Shown here piece by piece: positions 11,697 through 20,482 of a stretch of 48,433 nt of DNA. Both the position numbers and the translations under genes were made by a program. Each line of letters starts with the position of its first letter. Within the stretch, counting starts at the first letter, position 1. The stretch is from Bacillota bacterium (GTDB lineage Bacteria; Bacillota; Sulfobacillia; UBA8153). The stretch spans positions 1 to 48,433 of the forward strand of contig SLSY01000002.1 of NCBI GenBank assembly GCA_007130145.1. The letters run 5' to 3'. The notes beneath the pieces were generated by a model. It had not been told where the DNA came from, did no database searches, and saw only the letters and a program-made list of their open reading frames with translations.

Positions 11697-12566
11697 CTAC
11701 CAGTTGGCGCCGTCCCTCGCTTGCGTCCGGTCGCCTCTCTTTCTATTCCTTGTGTGCGTCGTCACGGGAGGAAGATTCTCTGGCCTCGTACCGTGCTTCA
11801 GCATTAAGAGCATGCGTCTCACATGAGACCCCTGGGCCGGATCGGACCACTTGAGCCGGTTGGCAGCACTTTCCCATGTGGCCGCAATCACTTCCTTAAC
11901 AGCAGCGTACTCTTCTCGGGTCAGATCCTTCATCTCTTCTGAGGCCTCCGAGTAACTGTACCAGGGTACCTGCATAAGAAGCAACTTGAGTTTTTCCACG
12001 CGATGGGCTTGCTCTGTATCCCGGCAAATAAAACAGCTGCCTTTTGCCAGGGAAGGACACAGAGCACCACACTTCTTGCAGGATAGCCATCCTCTTTCCT
12101 TGTTCCACTCCTGCCGAGCTAAACCCTGGGCAACCATATGCTTCAGACGTTCCTTGAGAGCCGTATCCCTTACAGCGCTCGTGATGACATCGGCCCGGCG
12201 CTGATGATCGGCCCTGACGGCTATTCTCTGCCCTCTCCCCTTCTCCCTCTTGTCACGATGGAGCAATCCGGAAGGAGCTGTGCCCAATACGGTGCGAATG
12301 TCTTTGACCAAGCCCTGGCCAAATCTGCTTCGGATGCGAGAAAGCAACTCGTATTTGTGCAAGACGATCTGCTGGCCCCAGACCGGTGCGCTCACCTCCA
12401 CCCAGAGGACGCCATTGCGAACACGCACGGCAGCTGACCGAAGCGCCAGATCCTCACCAACCAAATCGTGCCAAGCGGCAATTACTTGCATTCTCTTGGC
12501 CTCTTTTTTCAGCCCCAAGCGGCCCAAAACACTGTTGACCGCACCGTCTATTCGTTCCAACTTCAC
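11697..12566 (-). CDS. DUF721/DciA-like protein with C-terminal Zn-ribbon extension
   Basis: AW..LVGE.LA.RS..V..RNGVLWVEVSAPVWGQQI...ELLSRI (DUF721 pattern); CKKC...CFIC; located directly after recF. Confidence 0.8.
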   Translation of the reverse strand: MKLERIDGAVNSVLGRLGLKKEAKRMQVIAAWHDLVGEDLALRSAAVRVRNGVLWVEVSAPVWGQQIVLHKYELLSRIRSRFGQGLVKDIRTVLGTAPSGLLHRDKREKGRGQRIAVRADHQRRADVITSAVRDTALKERLKHMVAQGLARQEWNKERGWLSCKKCGALCPSLAKGSCFICRDTEQAHRVEKLKLLLMQVPWYSYSEASEEMKDLTREEYAAVKEVIAATWESAANRLKWSDPAQGSHVRRMLLMLKHGTRPENLPPVTTHTRNRKRGDRTQARDGANW

Positions 12567-13663
12567 CGCACTCTCCTTGCAACTCCTTCTTCTACTTCGT
12601 AAAGATGAGCTTGATGCATAGCCGGTGAACCTGCCATGAGTTCTTTATCAGTACACGTAATGATGGTCTGATTTTCTGCTCCCAATACCGCCAGAAGGCG
12701 CTTTTGTCGGGAAGTATCCAGTTCAGAGAGGACATCGTCCAGAAGTAAGATGGGCATGACGCCTTCACGCTGACAAATCTTGTCTCTTACGGCGACTTTC
12801 AGGGCCAAAACCGCACAGCGCTGCTGACCCTGCGAGCCATGGCTTCTCAACTCAAGCCCGTCAATTTGCAGCGAAAGATCATCTCGGTGAGGGCCGACCA
12901 GGGATAGTCCCCTGGCCCGCTCCATGGGTCTTTTCTCCATAAGACGCGCGCGATATACGTCAGGGTCGGCCACAACCGACGGACGGTACGTCACAATCAT
13001 TTCTTCTGTGCCGTCACTCAGTTTCTGATGCATGGCCGCGGCAATGGGTGCTAGTTCCTCTATGATCTGGGCTCTTTGCGACACTAGATCGCAGCCGCTT
13101 TCCACCAATTGGCGGTCCCAGGATAGGAGCAGTTCATCGGGTATAGGTTGACCTATGTAGTCCTTCAAGACACGGTTTCGCTGACTCAAAGCGCGGTGAA
13201 AGCGATTGAGCAGCTTGCGATAGGCTCCAGAACCGAGAAAGACCTCTTCATCCAAGAAACGCCGCCGGACCGCCGGTGCCCCTTTGATCAGTTCCAGATC
13301 CTCTGGGGCAAACAAGACCACCTTTAGACCCGAAGTCACACCGCCCAAGCGATTCTTGTAGGTTCTTCCATCCACCCTGAGCCTCTTTCCCTTCTCAGGG
13401 TAATAGCCGGATTCGATTTGGTGGTTGACCTCGTTTCGTTCCAAACTCAGGTGGAGGGAAAATCCATCTTTTCCCCGGCGCACCAAATCTCTTTCCCCAG
13501 ACATGCGATGAGATTTTCCCACCGCCAGCAAATAGAGGGATTCTAGAACATTGGTCTTTCCTTGCGCGTTCCCCCCACTGAGAATGGTGATGTGGGACGA
13601 AAAGGAAAAGACCTGTCTGGCGTAGTTGCGGAAATTCTCCAGTCCGAGTTCTCGTATCCTCAT
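12563..13663 (-). CDS. recF: DNA replication/repair protein RecF
   Basis: NFRNY, GGNAQGKTN, GPHRDDL, GSQGQQR, LLLDDVLSELD. Confidence 0.97.
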   Translation of the reverse strand: MRIRELGLENFRNYARQVFSFSSHITILSGGNAQGKTNVLESLYLLAVGKSHRMSGERDLVRRGKDGFSLHLSLERNEVNHQIESGYYPEKGKRLRVDGRTYKNRLGGVTSGLKVVLFAPEDLELIKGAPAVRRRFLDEEVFLGSGAYRKLLNRFHRALSQRNRVLKDYIGQPIPDELLLSWDRQLVESGCDLVSQRAQIIEELAPIAAAMHQKLSDGTEEMIVTYRPSVVADPDVYRARLMEKRPMERARGLSLVGPHRDDLSLQIDGLELRSHGSQGQQRCAVLALKVAVRDKICQREGVMPILLLDDVLSELDTSRQKRLLAVLGAENQTIITCTDKELMAGSPAMHQAHLYEVEEGVARRVR

Positions 13664-14799
13664 ACAGCGCTTTCTTCACCCTCACTGCGCAAAGGCATAA
13701 TCACGTAGACAAAGTCCTCGCTATCAGGGAAGGTCAACGTCGCTGCCGATTCTTTACCGGTCAGATTCACCGCCACCGTCTCCTCCTCCATATGGCGCAA
13801 TCCTTCCTGAAGATACTTCACGTTGAAGTGAAGGTCCATGGCTTCTCCGGTGCAGTTGGCAGCAATCTCTTCTCTGGCCTCACCCAATTGCGGGGTCGAT
13901 GCGCTCACCAGTACGCCCTGATCTTGCATTTGTATACGGACGGTACGATCATCATCAGTAGAAACAAGCGACATCCGATCGGCTGCCTGCAAAAACTCCT
14001 CGGTATTGATGACCATGTGGGAAATGTATTTCTCTTCTGCCGGGATGAACTGGTCATAAGCTGGAAACTGCCCTTCCAATAAGCGGGCTGATATGGTTAA
14101 ATCACGCATGGTAAAGAAGGCATGGCTGTTGCACAGTTTTATCTCCACTTCCCTGTCTTCACTACCCATGCTGCGCATAACCTCATTGAGAATACGCGCC
14201 GGGATGACGCTGCGTTGGCCGTCCCCGCTGATACGTCCTTGCAACTTTATTCTTCTCACCACCAGCCGCGCATAATCCACGGCCGCCACCGTCAAAATCC
14301 TGTCTTCTAAAGCAAACAAAACACCGGCCAGAATGGGTCTGCGATCGCTTTGCGACGTAGCGAAGATGACCTGCATGATGATCTTCTTGAGGGTGTCACT
14401 GTTCATCGTCATACCCCACTCCTCCTTCTCCTCCGGAAGGGTGGGAAACTGCTCTGGTTCCACGCCGTGTATATCGAACGAAGATCGAGCGCCCCATGTC
14501 AGTTGCGCCTTGAAGTTGGTCATATCTACCGTGATATCAAGAGGAGCATTGGGAAGCCGGCGCACGGCTTCGGTGAGAATGCGGGCTGGAAGCACAATGG
14601 CACCTTCCTCTCTTACCTCTGCCTCCATGGTAAGAGAAACGCCGATCTCCAGATCTGTGGCAGCTAGATACAAAAGATTGGGTGCTGTTGCCCTAAGATA
14701 GATGCCATTGAGCACGGGCATTGAGGACTTACTGGCGGCCGCTCGGTGCACAACCTGTAAAGATTGCATGAATTGATCCTGATTGATACGAATGTCCAT
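13660..14799 (-). CDS. dnaN: DNA polymerase III beta clamp
   Basis: ATDLEI, RLLEGQFPAY, FNVKYL, YVIMPLR; located downstream of dnaA. Confidence 0.96.
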   Translation of the reverse strand: MDIRINQDQFMQSLQVVHRAAASKSSMPVLNGIYLRATAPNLLYLAATDLEIGVSLTMEAEVREEGAIVLPARILTEAVRRLPNAPLDITVDMTNFKAQLTWGARSSFDIHGVEPEQFPTLPEEKEEWGMTMNSDTLKKIIMQVIFATSQSDRRPILAGVLFALEDRILTVAAVDYARLVVRRIKLQGRISGDGQRSVIPARILNEVMRSMGSEDREVEIKLCNSHAFFTMRDLTISARLLEGQFPAYDQFIPAEEKYISHMVINTEEFLQAADRMSLVSTDDDRTVRIQMQDQGVLVSASTPQLGEAREEIAANCTGEAMDLHFNVKYLQEGLRHMEEETVAVNLTGKESAATLTFPDSEDFVYVIMPLRSEGEESAV

Positions 14800-15034
14800 G
14801 TGATTTCCTCCCCGGGTCAGATTATCAACAGAGTATAGCTTCTTTGAACACTTATTGATTGAATTAGGAGTAGTAGAAGGACCTGTGAATTGTGTGGATT
14901 ACTGTCGAAACGCTGTAAGAAGGCGCTTTTACCCTGTGAGCTGAGGTGTGGATAAGGAGCCCTGTGCGGTGAAGGTTGTCCACAATCTCTCAAACTCACG
15001 ATCTATCCACGATCTTTCCACAGAGTTCTCCACC
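14800..15034. other. oriC, dnaA-dnaN segment with DnaA boxes and DnaA-trio unwinding element
   Basis: DnaA boxes TGTGGATAA 14947-14955, TTGTCCACA 14976-14984, TGTGAATTG 14884-14892, TGTGGATTA 14893-14901, TTATCAACA 14822-14830. Minus strand reads box-GGTC-CTTCTACTACTCCTA. Gene orientation diverges around this locus. Confidence 0.9.
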
Positions 15035-16396
15035 CTACGACTGTCGCCCCATGATCTCTTTCTCCAAGGATTGCACAGTTTCATGCAAGGAGGGGTTCCC
15101 TTTTATCTCTTTGCTAATCTTTTCGCAGGCATGGATAACAGTGGTGTGGTCCCGGCCGCCAAACTCCTCGCCGACGCGCGGCAAAGAAAAGGAAGTCAAT
15201 TCCCGGCAAAGGTACATGGCCACATGACGAGGGAACGACAAAGCCCGGCTGCGCTTTTTGGCTTTGAGATCCTCCACCGTAAGCCCATAGTAGTCGGCGA
15301 CATGCTTTTGGATGAGTTCCAAGGAGATAACGCGCGGGCGTTGATCCGGCAAAATATCGCGTAAAGCTTCCTTGGCCAGATCCACATCGATGGGGCGTGA
15401 GGTCAAGGAAGAGTAGGCTACGACACGAATCAAAGAGCCTTCCAGTTCCCGAATGTTCGTCTCAATGCTAAGGGCCACATAACCAATGACTTCCTCGGGA
15501 ATGGAGAGGTGCTGAGACTCGGCCTTCTTCCTCAAGATGGCGATGCGAGTCTCCAAGTCCGGGGGCTGGATATCAGCGATAAGACCCCATTGAAAGCGGG
15601 TGCGCAACCGTTCCTCCAGGGTGGAGATCTCCTTTGGGGGACGGTCACTGGACAGTACGATCTGTTTAGCAGATTGGTGAAGAGCATCAAAGGTGTGAAA
15701 GAATTCTTCCTGCGTGCTCTCTTTGCCGCCCACAAATTGAACGTCGTCTAAAAGCAACACATCAATGTTGCGGTAGCGGTTACGAAAATCCACGGTGCGT
15801 CCGTCACGAATAGCCATAATCAGCTCATTGGTGAAGGTTTCCGACGAAACATAGACCACTTTGATGCTAGGATTATTAAGATAAAGACAATGGCCAATGG
15901 CTTGCATCAGATGGGTCTTCCCCAGCCCTACGCCCCCATAAATGAAAAGGGGATTGTACGCCTTGGCCGGGGCTTCGGACACTGCTTCACAGGCGGCATG
16001 GGCGAATCGGTTTGAGGTACCCACGACGAAGGTGTCGAAGGTGTAGCGGGGATTGAGGGTGGTGGGCGGTTGGGTCCAGCGTGCTTTCTTCCCCCCGTTG
16101 GGATGCTCTTTGACGGCGATGTCACCGGGGGATGCAGAGGTATCGACCTCCAGAATACTGAAGGCAATGCCCACCTTCTGTCCGGTTATGTAACGCAAAG
16201 TCTTACACAGCATGGGCACATAGCGAGTTTCAATCCAGTCCTTGGTGAATTGGTTGGGGACAGCAATGGTGAGTGTATTCCCGTCGAAGTCCAGCGGCTG
16301 GGTGTTCTTGAGCCAGGCCTCAAAACTAGGTTTAAGCAGCTCCTTCTCCATTGCCTCAAGAGTTTGATCCCAGATATGACCCAAATCTGCATCCAT
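15035..16396 (-). CDS. dnaA: Chromosomal replication initiator DnaA
   Basis: LNPRYTFDTFVVG, YNPLFIYGGVGLGKTHL, LLLDDVQF, FGGRDHTTVIHA. Start placed at MDADL (16396). Confidence 0.98.
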   Translation of the reverse strand: MDADLGHIWDQTLEAMEKELLKPSFEAWLKNTQPLDFDGNTLTIAVPNQFTKDWIETRYVPMLCKTLRYITGQKVGIAFSILEVDTSASPGDIAVKEHPNGGKKARWTQPPTTLNPRYTFDTFVVGTSNRFAHAACEAVSEAPAKAYNPLFIYGGVGLGKTHLMQAIGHCLYLNNPSIKVVYVSSETFTNELIMAIRDGRTVDFRNRYRNIDVLLLDDVQFVGGKESTQEEFFHTFDALHQSAKQIVLSSDRPPKEISTLEERLRTRFQWGLIADIQPPDLETRIAILRKKAESQHLSIPEEVIGYVALSIETNIRELEGSLIRVVAYSSLTSRPIDVDLAKEALRDILPDQRPRVISLELIQKHVADYYGLTVEDLKAKKRSRALSFPRHVAMYLCRELTSFSLPRVGEEFGGRDHTTVIHACEKISKEIKGNPSLHETVQSLEKEIMGRQS

Positions 16397-16564
16397 AATG
16401 ACCGTACCATCCTCTCGAGGGATTGTAACCGTAGTCCTTCGCCCATTCAACTTCTGTATAAACAAAGGCCGTGCTAGCGACCCAAAAGGCGCTGTTCAGT
16501 AATCCAACAAGTCCTGTCTACGTGGGGTATGTATCTGTGTTGGTCTTCATAGACTTCTCACAAG

Positions 16565-16597
16565 TTATTCACAGGCTTATGCACAGACTGTGGATAA
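16565..16597. promoter_or_regulatory. DnaA-box cluster upstream of dnaA (second part of a bipartite oriC and/or autoregulatory site)
   Basis: TTATTCACA 16565-16573, TTATGCACA 16577-16585, TGTGGATAA 16589-16597. Confidence 0.85.
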
Positions 16598-16640
16598 AGG
16601 CCAAGAAACGCCGGGAATGCCCGGCGATTCTCACAGTAAC

Positions 16641-16669
16641 ATGATAGCAAAGTTGGCGCCATTTGACAA
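16641..16669 (-). promoter_or_regulatory. SigA-like dnaA promoter
   Basis: TTGTCA-17 bp-TATCAT with TG extension; the DnaA boxes lie just downstream. Confidence 0.6.
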
Positions 16670-16905
16670 CGCACAAGTATGTTCGCAAAAAACCCTCAAA
16701 CAAGCATGTAAGCAGGAATTAGAATGGCAGTAAGCTGGTCTTGTATTGAGAACTTAGTTCTAACCATTCGTCCCACGAGGGCGTCTTCCTGCACGGCCAG
16801 CCAGAAAAGAACCACCAAAGTTCACATTTCCTTAGCCATAAGGTCCAATGGTGCGGCGTAGCCGCAAGAGCAGCGTGTGAAACAGGGGCGATGCGTTGGC
16901 CTTCC

Positions 16906-16935
16906 TTGACACTCTCGCCGACAAAAGGATATAAT
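16906..16935 (+). promoter_or_regulatory. SigA promoter of the rpmH operon
   Basis: Perfect TTGACA-18 bp-TATAAT. Confidence 0.8.
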
Positions 16936-16970
16936 CCTAGTGATTCAATTCGACTTGGAGGCACAAATCC

Positions 16971-17105
16971 GTGAAGAGAACATATCAACCAAAAAATCGC
17001 AAAGCCAAGCGCGTCCATGGTTTCCGAGCCCGCATGCGTACTGCTGCCGGTCGTCGTCTGCTGAAGCGGCGCCGGGCCAAGGGACGCACGCGGCTCTCGG
17101 CGTGA
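16971..17105 (+). CDS. rpmH: 50S ribosomal protein L34 (not in ORF track)
   Basis: Hand translation [44 protein letters not shown]; GGAGG RBS. Confidence 0.97.
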   Translation: MKRTYQPKNRKAKRVHGFRARMRTAAGRRLLKRRRAKGRTRLSA

Positions 17106-17116
17106 TATATTAAGAA

Positions 17117-17458
17117 GTGTCCTTGCAGCGGCAGCAGCGTTTGACCTCTGCTAAAGCCATCTCACGTGTATATCGGGAGGGACACTCTCGGGCCAACCGG
17201 GTGCTGGTCCTTTATTGTCATTGGGGTGAGGGCAGCGCGCAAGCGGCTTTTTCCGTGTCCCGGCGCGTGGGCAATGCCGTTAAGAGGAATTTCGTCAGGC
17301 GGCGTCTCAAGGAAGCATATCGCAAACACGCTGCGATGATTACGCCGGGGGCCAAAGTGCTCATCATAGCCCGGGCGCGCGCGGCGGCTTCTACCTATGG
17401 TGAGACCGAAGCGGCGCTGGTTGATCTACTCTCGCGGAGCGGAGTGTTGGTGCGTTGA
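17117..17458 (+). CDS. rnpA: Ribonuclease P protein component
   Basis: FSVSRRVGNAVKRNFVRRRLKE (RNR-type motif); synteny. Confidence 0.95.
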   Translation: MSLQRQQRLTSAKAISRVYREGHSRANRVLVLYCHWGEGSAQAAFSVSRRVGNAVKRNFVRRRLKEAYRKHAAMITPGAKVLIIARARAAASTYGETEAALVDLLSRSGVLVR

Positions 17459-17664
17459 GGAAGATAGCGATGGGAATAATTCGACTCTATCAAGCGGTAG
17501 TTTCCCCTTTCTTCGGACCTTCCTGCCGGTTCATCCCCACGTGTTCGCATTACGCTCTGGAGGCGGTGGATCGCCATGGCACCCGGAGGGGCTTTTTGCT
17601 GTCTGTGCGCCGGATTTTGCGGTGTCATCCGTTTTCGCAAGGAGGATATGACCCCGTTCCTTGA
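17455..17664 (+). CDS. yidD: Membrane protein insertion efficiency factor
   Basis: CRFIPTCSHYA, RILRCHPF..GGYDPVP. Confidence 0.95.
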   Translation: MRKIAMGIIRLYQAVVSPFFGPSCRFIPTCSHYALEAVDRHGTRRGFLLSVRRILRCHPFSQGGYDPVP

Positions 17665-17694
17665 GGAGGGGCACGAATAAAGGGAGGTCTTGCT

Positions 17695-18327
17695 GTGGGT
17701 TTTCTTTCGGACTTGATGCGAGAAGGGGTGCAGAGAGTATTCCTTGTCACGGGGAGTTATGGTGTGGCCATTATCATTGTCACGCTGATTATCCGCGCTG
17801 TGCTTCTGCCTTTTACTCTGGCTCAGACCCGCTCCACCCAGAAGATGAATGCTTTGCAACCAGAACAGCAGGCTCTGCAAAAGAAGTACAAAAATGACCC
17901 GCAGAGGCTCAATCAAGAGCAAATGGAGCTGTGGCGCCGGCACGGAGTGAACCCGCTCTCGGGTTGTCTGTTGCTTTTGATACAGTTTCCTTTCCTCATT
18001 GCATTCTTTCAGGCGCTGAACAACTTTGACGCACTCGCTGACGCAACATTCTTGGGCATTGTGCTGGGGTCTCCGGATCGAATCATTCTTCCGGTGTTGG
18101 CCGGTGTTACGACGTACTTTCAGGTTAAGGTCAGCACGCCCCCCGCGACGGGTAACCCGGGTACACAGGGAGCTATGCAGGTGGGCATGCCTCTTCTGAT
18201 TGGATGGATGTCCTCGCGGTTTCCGGCGGCGTTGGCTCTATACTGGATTACCAGCAATGTCTTCAGCGTGGCAGAACGTTACCTGGTACCCAGAAACACC
18301 CCTGCCAAGGAGGCAGATAGTAAATGA
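17695..18327 (+). CDS. yidC: YidC/Oxa1/SpoIIIJ insertase (short form)
   Basis: GVAIIIVTLIIR, NPLSGCL..LIQFP, LYWITSN. Confidence 0.93.
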   Translation: MGFLSDLMREGVQRVFLVTGSYGVAIIIVTLIIRAVLLPFTLAQTRSTQKMNALQPEQQALQKKYKNDPQRLNQEQMELWRRHGVNPLSGCLLLLIQFPFLIAFFQALNNFDALADATFLGIVLGSPDRIILPVLAGVTTYFQVKVSTPPATGNPGTQGAMQVGMPLLIGWMSSRFPAALALYWITSNVFSVAERYLVPRNTPAKEADSK

Positions 18328-19031
18328 CAATATCGGTGGAAAGACGCGGTAAGACGGTGGATGAAGCTCTCCATTTGGCGCTGGAGGAGCTGGGGGTTGA
18401 AAAGGAGCAATGTCAAATCACCATTCTGGAAGAGCCCAAATCTGGCTGGTTGGGTTTGATCGGCAGTCGCGAAGCATTGGTGCGCGTGGAGTATGAAGGA
18501 CCCGGGCCGGGGGTAGGTGAAAGAGAGGGAGTAAAAGCACGTAACACCGATGATAAGGATGACTCCTCTCCCCTACCGGTGCCAAGCAAGGTCGAGCATG
18601 TCCACGAGTTCTTGACCGATGTGCTCGGGCATATGGACATTGACGCCAGCGTGGATATAATTGAGGATAACGATGGTATCTATTGTGAGATTTCCGGAGA
18701 CGATGTGGGATCTCTGATTGGCAGGCGAGGCCAAACTCTGAGCGCTTTGCAGTACCTTACCAAACTGGTGACAGGGCGGCATCCTGAGGATCGCCGGCGT
18801 CTCAGCATCGATGTTGAGGGCTACCGCAAGCGGCGCGAAGAAAGACTGCGGTCCACGGTAAGACGTATGGCGGAGCAGGTGGCCAAAACCGGAAGCAGTG
18901 TGGAACTCGAGCCCATGGATGCCCATGAGCGCAAGGTCGTGCACATGGCCCTGCAGGACTATCCGGGCATCATGACCGAGAGTGAAGGATCCGATCCCTA
19001 CCGAAAGGTCGTCATATCGCCGGCCCCATGA
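18324..19031 (+). CDS. jag: Jag/KhpB (EloR) RNA-binding protein
   Basis: GKTVDEAL Jag-N; KH LIGRRGQTL; R3H-type ERKVVH; TESEG.DPYR. Confidence 0.95.
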   Translation: MTISVERRGKTVDEALHLALEELGVEKEQCQITILEEPKSGWLGLIGSREALVRVEYEGPGPGVGEREGVKARNTDDKDDSSPLPVPSKVEHVHEFLTDVLGHMDIDASVDIIEDNDGIYCEISGDDVGSLIGRRGQTLSALQYLTKLVTGRHPEDRRRLSIDVEGYRKRREERLRSTVRRMAEQVAKTGSSVELEPMDAHERKVVHMALQDYPGIMTESEGSDPYRKVVISPAP

Positions 19032-19049
19032 GTAGGTGAGGTTAACCAC

Positions 19050-19083
19050 ACCCCCGGAAGCCTGACGCTACCGGGGGTTTTTT
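19050..19083 (+). terminator. Intrinsic terminator after jag
   Basis: ACCCCCGG...CCGGGGGT hairpin followed by a T run. Confidence 0.75.
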
Positions 19084-19093
19084 ATGGAGTGGA

Positions 19094-20482
19094 GTGGATA
19101 TGGAAGACACTATTGCCGCCATCGCTACAGCGACGGGAGAAGCGGCTATTGGGATTGTTCGCTTGAGTGGTTCGCAGGCTCGCCCCATCGCTCAGGAGGT
19201 GTTTCGTGCGGGCAAGACCAAGAAGCGAGTGCGTCTCAAGAGCCACCGGGTCTACTACGGCAGCATCGTTGATCCGGCCCGCGAGGAACCCTTGGACGAG
19301 GTGCTCTTGACCTATATGCAAGGGCCAAGGAGTTATACCCGCGAGGATGTAGTCGAGGTCAGTTGCCATGGTGGCCCGATGCCCTTGCGCAGGGTGTTGG
19401 GTGTGATGCTGAAGGCGGGCGCACGGTTGGCTCAACCCGGTGAGTTTACGCAGCGAGCTTTTCGTCATGGACGCATTGATCTGGCGCAAGCAGAAGCCGT
19501 GTGCGACATGATCCGGGCCCAGAGCGACGAAGCGGCGAACCTGGCGCTCCAACAGCTGGAAGGTACCCTCTCTCGGGAAATCACACAGCTGCGTCATCAG
19601 CTGCTAGGCTCTCTGGCCACCATTGAAGTGAGCATTGACTTTCCCGATGAAGACATAGATGGGCATGCTGGTCCGCCATTGGTAGACGATTTGACACGGA
19701 TGCGAGAACGGCTGCAAGCACTCCTTGCGCGAGCTGGTGAAGGCCGGATCATACGCGAGGGGATTCGGACTGCCATTGTCGGTAAGCCCAATGTCGGCAA
19801 ATCTTCCCTTCTCAATGCCCTTTTGGGTCAGGAACGAGCCATCGTGACACCCATTGCTGGCACCACCCGTGATCTCATCGAGGAGACGGTGGTGCAGGGC
19901 GGAGTCGCGTTGGTACTCACGGATACCGCGGGCATTCACCTGACCGAGGATGCGGTGGAACAGGAAGGGGTGGAGAGGGCGCGCCGGGCCTTGGAAAGCT
20001 CCCAACTGGTGTTGGTGGTGTTCGATGACAGCCAGGGATTGACTGAAGAAGACAAAAGCCTCTTGTCGATGATCGGTTCTAGGCGGGCTGTTGTCCTGTT
20101 GAACAAGAGCGATCTGGACATTAAGAAGGTAGACAGAGATTGGCTCAAGGCTCACGTGGACAATGTGCCCTGGTTGGAGATATCCGCCCGCACCGGGGAG
20201 GGCTTGGAGGAGCTTCAGCGTTTGATCGCCCAGCTGTTCTTGGGACGAAGCTACGAGAGTTCAGCGAGGCCACTGATTGCTTCTATGCGTCATGCACATT
20301 GCCTGGAGCGTGCCCATGACAGCCTGAAACAGGCTCTGGAGGCCTTGGGGCGCGAGGAAGTCGCCGACATCGTCTCCATTGACGTGCGTGAGGCCATTCA
20401 TGCGCTCGGAGAGATCACCGGAGACAGTCTGGAAGCTGACATTGTGGACAGGATCTTTCAGGATTTCTGTTTGGGAAAGTAG
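19094..20482 (+). CDS. mnmE: tRNA modification GTPase MnmE
   Basis: DTIAAIAT, GKPNVGKSSLLN, GTTRD, DTAG, NKSD, FCLGK. The start may be ATG 19100. Confidence 0.98.
   Translation: MDMEDTIAAIATATGEAAIGIVRLSGSQARPIAQEVFRAGKTKKRVRLKSHRVYYGSIVDPAREEPLDEVLLTYMQGPRSYTREDVVEVSCHGGPMPLRRVLGVMLKAGARLAQPGEFTQRAFRHGRIDLAQAEAVCDMIRAQSDEAANLALQQLEGTLSREITQLRHQLLGSLATIEVSIDFPDEDIDGHAGPPLVDDLTRMRERLQALLARAGEGRIIREGIRTAIVGKPNVGKSSLLNALLGQERAIVTPIAGTTRDLIEETVVQGGVALVLTDTAGIHLTEDAVEQEGVERARRALESSQLVLVVFDDSQGLTEEDKSLLSMIGSRRAVVLLNKSDLDIKKVDRDWLKAHVDNVPWLEISARTGEGLEELQRLIAQLFLGRSYESSARPLIASMRHAHCLERAHDSLKQALEALGREEVADIVSIDVREAIHALGEITGDSLEADIVDRIFQDFCLGK

Noticed and set aside
16871-16884. GTGAAACA parS half-site near the rpmH promoter
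   Set aside because: The other half is not palindromic.
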